Source of the DNA: Acaryochloris thomasi RCC1774
GTDB taxonomy: Bacteria; Cyanobacteriota; Cyanobacteriia; Thermosynechococcales; Thermosynechococcaceae
Assembly: GCF_003231495.1 (NCBI RefSeq)
Contig: NZ_PQWO01000053.1
Span: 1 to 6,315, forward strand
DNA length: 6,315 bases
Reading direction: 5' to 3'
Shown: positions 5,146 through 6,315 of the stretch, one piece after another
How positions within the stretch are numbered: position 1 is the first letter of the stretch
Layout of the letters: each line of letters starts with the position of its first letter
The notes under the pieces: model-generated
Database searches by the model: none
What the model was told of the DNA's origin: nothing
The model's input: only the letters and a program-made list of their open reading frames with translations
Made by a program: the position numbers and the translations under genes

Positions 5146-5925
5146 ATGACATCACCTCTCAATGAATCCACAAATAGCGCAGTTAAAGAAAAGATAGAAA
5201 TCGGGAAAAACCTATTCAGTCTTTTGAGAGACGCATCTCTCTTTAGTCTTTTTATATTATTATTGATCGCTCCAACTATATTAAATGAAAGATTGATAAA
5301 AGCTGGATTTGAAGAAGGGACTGTAGCGGGATTTAAGTGGAAGAAGCAACTCAGCAAAACAGACAATGATTTAGTTCAAGCGGCCCAACAAATAGATGCA
5401 CTAAACAAGAGGGTTAATGAATCCAACAAAATCATTGCAGCTCTTGAGCAGAGTGAGTCAGGATCACAAACAGTCAATGCAGCAGATGCTCAAAAACAAA
5501 TCAAAAAAAACGAGGTATCCTCAACCACTGCTGACACTGTTAACTCAAGAATACAAACGACACTTGAAAACAATACTCCAATTCTAAACCCAGAGATAGA
5601 CACATCAAAAACAAGCTCATTAGTCAATATAGTAAATACATATAAAATAGCTATTTATTATAATCAAGAAAAATCTGAGCAGAAAGAAGAAGCTTTTGAA
5701 ATCAAAAAATCTTTAGAGCAAGCAGGCGTAAAGTCAAGTATACAAGTTAAGCCTCAAAAAGACTCAGCATCATCCAACCAAATTCGCTACTTTAATGATA
5801 CTGAAAGAGAAGTCGCATACGCATTGCAGAATATACTAGGTGAGTCATATACAAAAGAAATCTTTAATTTACAGACTGTGTATACGCCATCGCCAAATTT
5901 TATTTCAATTTTTCTGGCATCGTAA
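5146..5925 (+). CDS. Hypothetical membrane-anchored protein, 259 aa: one N-terminal TM helix, a coiled-coil/low-complexity linker, and a C-terminal alpha/beta domain (possibly LytR_C-like)
   Basis: This is the longest ORF in the low-GC island. It has a TM segment ASLFSLFILLLIAPTIL, a helical heptad-like stretch DNDLVQAAQQIDALNKRVNESNKIIAALEQ and an S/T/N/Q-rich linker. The C-terminal segment (YKIAIYYN...EEAFEIKKSLEQAGV...IRYFND.EREVAYALQNILG...ISIFLA) shows a strand-helix-strand-strand-helix-strand pattern. TATAAT lies at 5105-5110, 36 nt upstream. No clear SD is present. Confidence 0.6.
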   Translation: MTSPLNESTNSAVKEKIEIGKNLFSLLRDASLFSLFILLLIAPTILNERLIKAGFEEGTVAGFKWKKQLSKTDNDLVQAAQQIDALNKRVNESNKIIAALEQSESGSQTVNAADAQKQIKKNEVSSTTADTVNSRIQTTLENNTPILNPEIDTSKTSSLVNIVNTYKIAIYYNQEKSEQKEEAFEIKKSLEQAGVKSSIQVKPQKDSASSNQIRYFNDTEREVAYALQNILGESYTKEIFNLQTVYTPSPNFISIFLAS

Positions 5926-5946
5926 TATTCCTCTCTTTCACGATCA

Positions 5947-6102
5947 TTATTTGTTAGACCACACCGAATCGTCCACCCACCCACATTCTCCACAATCCCA
6001 ATGTAAGACGGGCGGATTACTTCGGTCGAACTCATGCCCACACTGGGGACAGCGACCGGTGACAATTGGATAGCTATTATCATACTGCCGAGAAAAGCCT
6101 GG
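5947..6102 (-). pseudogene. Start-less Cys4 zinc-ribbon reading frame (51 codons), probably the 3' remnant of a decayed gene
   Basis: - strand frame: PGFSRQYDNSYPIVTGRCPQCGHEFDRSNPPVLHWDCGECGWVDDSVWSNK, then stop. It has a CxxC-(15)-CxxC zinc ribbon, no ATG/GTG/TTG start, and three in-frame stops further upstream (up to about 6140). It is not on the supplied ORF track because it has no start codon. Confidence 0.25.
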
Positions 6103-6238
6103 TTAGAGTTCGCGCTTAAGTGATCAGGATTCGGGTGATTATTCCCGATCAAGTTTCTCCAGGACGACTGCAATCCAAGCACAACCTAATTTTGACCTTG
6201 TCTTGAAAAAGTGGACACTCCATTCGAAGAAATGATCT

Positions 6239-6243
6239 AGGAG
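6239..6243 (+). promoter_or_regulatory. Shine-Dalgarno (AGGAG) for IS3 orfA
   Basis: AGGAG lies 9 nt upstream of the ATG at 6253. Confidence 0.5.
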
Positions 6244-6252
6244 AATGTCCAC

Positions 6253-6315
6253 ATGACACAGAAGAAACGCAGACTATTCACTGATGAACAAAAAGCAGAG
6301 GCAGTCCGTATTGTC
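6253..6315 (+). CDS. IS3-family transposase OrfA (HTH, Transposase_8-like), N-terminal 21 codons only (runs off the window)
   Basis: MTQKKRRLFTDEQKAEAVRIV matches the canonical IS3/IS911 OrfA start (MxKKxRRxFxxEFKxEAVRLV). It is preceded by the AGGAG SD. Confidence 0.7.
   Translation, partial: MTQKKRRLFTDEQKAEAVRIV

Larger units (their letters stand above)
6193..6315 (+). mobile_element. Left end of an IS3-family insertion sequence, continuing past the right edge of the window
   Basis: The orfA N-terminus starts at 6253. Candidate IRL starts with the IS3-typical 5'-TG lie at 6193 (TGACCTTGTCTTGAAAAAGTGGACAC) or 6204 (TGAAAAAGTGGACAC). The exact boundary cannot be fixed without the right end of the element. 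Confidence 0.55.

Noticed and set aside
5067-5366. 99-aa - strand ORF overlapping the start of the 259-aa gene
   Set aside because: It is an AT-rich, low-complexity product lying antisense to the better-supported + strand CDS and its promoter region.
5503-5510. A8 homopolymer inside the 259-aa CDS as a possible slipped-strand phase-variation tract
   Set aside because: Eight A residues in a ~30% GC gene encoding Lys-rich sequence (QIKKNE) are expected by composition, and the tract is too short to argue for phase variation.
4896-5940. Shared pyrimidine 7-mer (tcctctc) near both borders of the low-GC island as possible att or direct repeats
   Set aside because: Only 7 nt match, the sequence is low in complexity, and the flanks do not extend the match.
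5787-6182. 131-aa - strand ORF (GTG start) and the overlapping 77-aa + strand ORF at 5840-6073
   Set aside because: The 131-aa ORF overlaps the 3' end of the 259-aa gene by 139 nt on the opposite strand and has no motif. A different - strand frame over the same DNA carries the only protein-like signal, the Cys4 zinc ribbon. The + ORF is His/Ser/Gln-rich noise.
1-6315. CRISPR arrays, tandem repeat arrays, rRNA/tRNA genes and obvious riboswitches
   Set aside because: I saw no regularly spaced direct repeats and no conserved rRNA/tRNA sequence blocks on either strand. Absence is judged by eye only.

Overview
This 6.3 kb window looks cyanobacterial. It has three perfect HIP1 octamers (GCGATCGC), an ISY100-like IS630 transposase N-terminus and a Nif11-type peptide gene. 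Two intact, ordinary genes are confidently called: an AI-2E family permease (1247-2278, -) and a secreted PQQ-dependent sugar dehydrogenase (3098-4315, -). They sit in a patchwork of mobile-element and gene debris. (1) A 5' fragment of an IS630-family element (104-470), whose terminal repeat abuts a TA. (2) A 288-bp MITE-like element (2610-2897) with 32-bp imperfect terminal inverted repeats, flanked by a TA duplication. Its termini resemble the IS630 end, and removing it in silico fuses two ORF pieces into one continuous 97-codon frame. (3) A umuC remnant encoding only the C-terminal ~160 aa (4391-4885). (4) A ~1 kb low-GC island (about 4886-5945) carrying one 259-aa membrane-anchored hypothetical protein. 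(5) A start-less Cys4 zinc-ribbon reading frame with in-frame stops upstream (5947-6102, -). (6) The left end of an IS3-family element running off the right edge (orfA from 6253). The most biologically suggestive gene is a 71-aa Nif11-leader-like peptide (583-798). It has no Cys and no Gly-Gly motif, ends in a Thr/Lys/Asp/Glu-rich tail, and has no maturase or exporter nearby. I do not see a coherent multi-gene system such as defence, CRISPR or a biosynthetic cluster. The leads are single genes and insertion events, and all homology statements rest on motif recognition by eye, not on searches.
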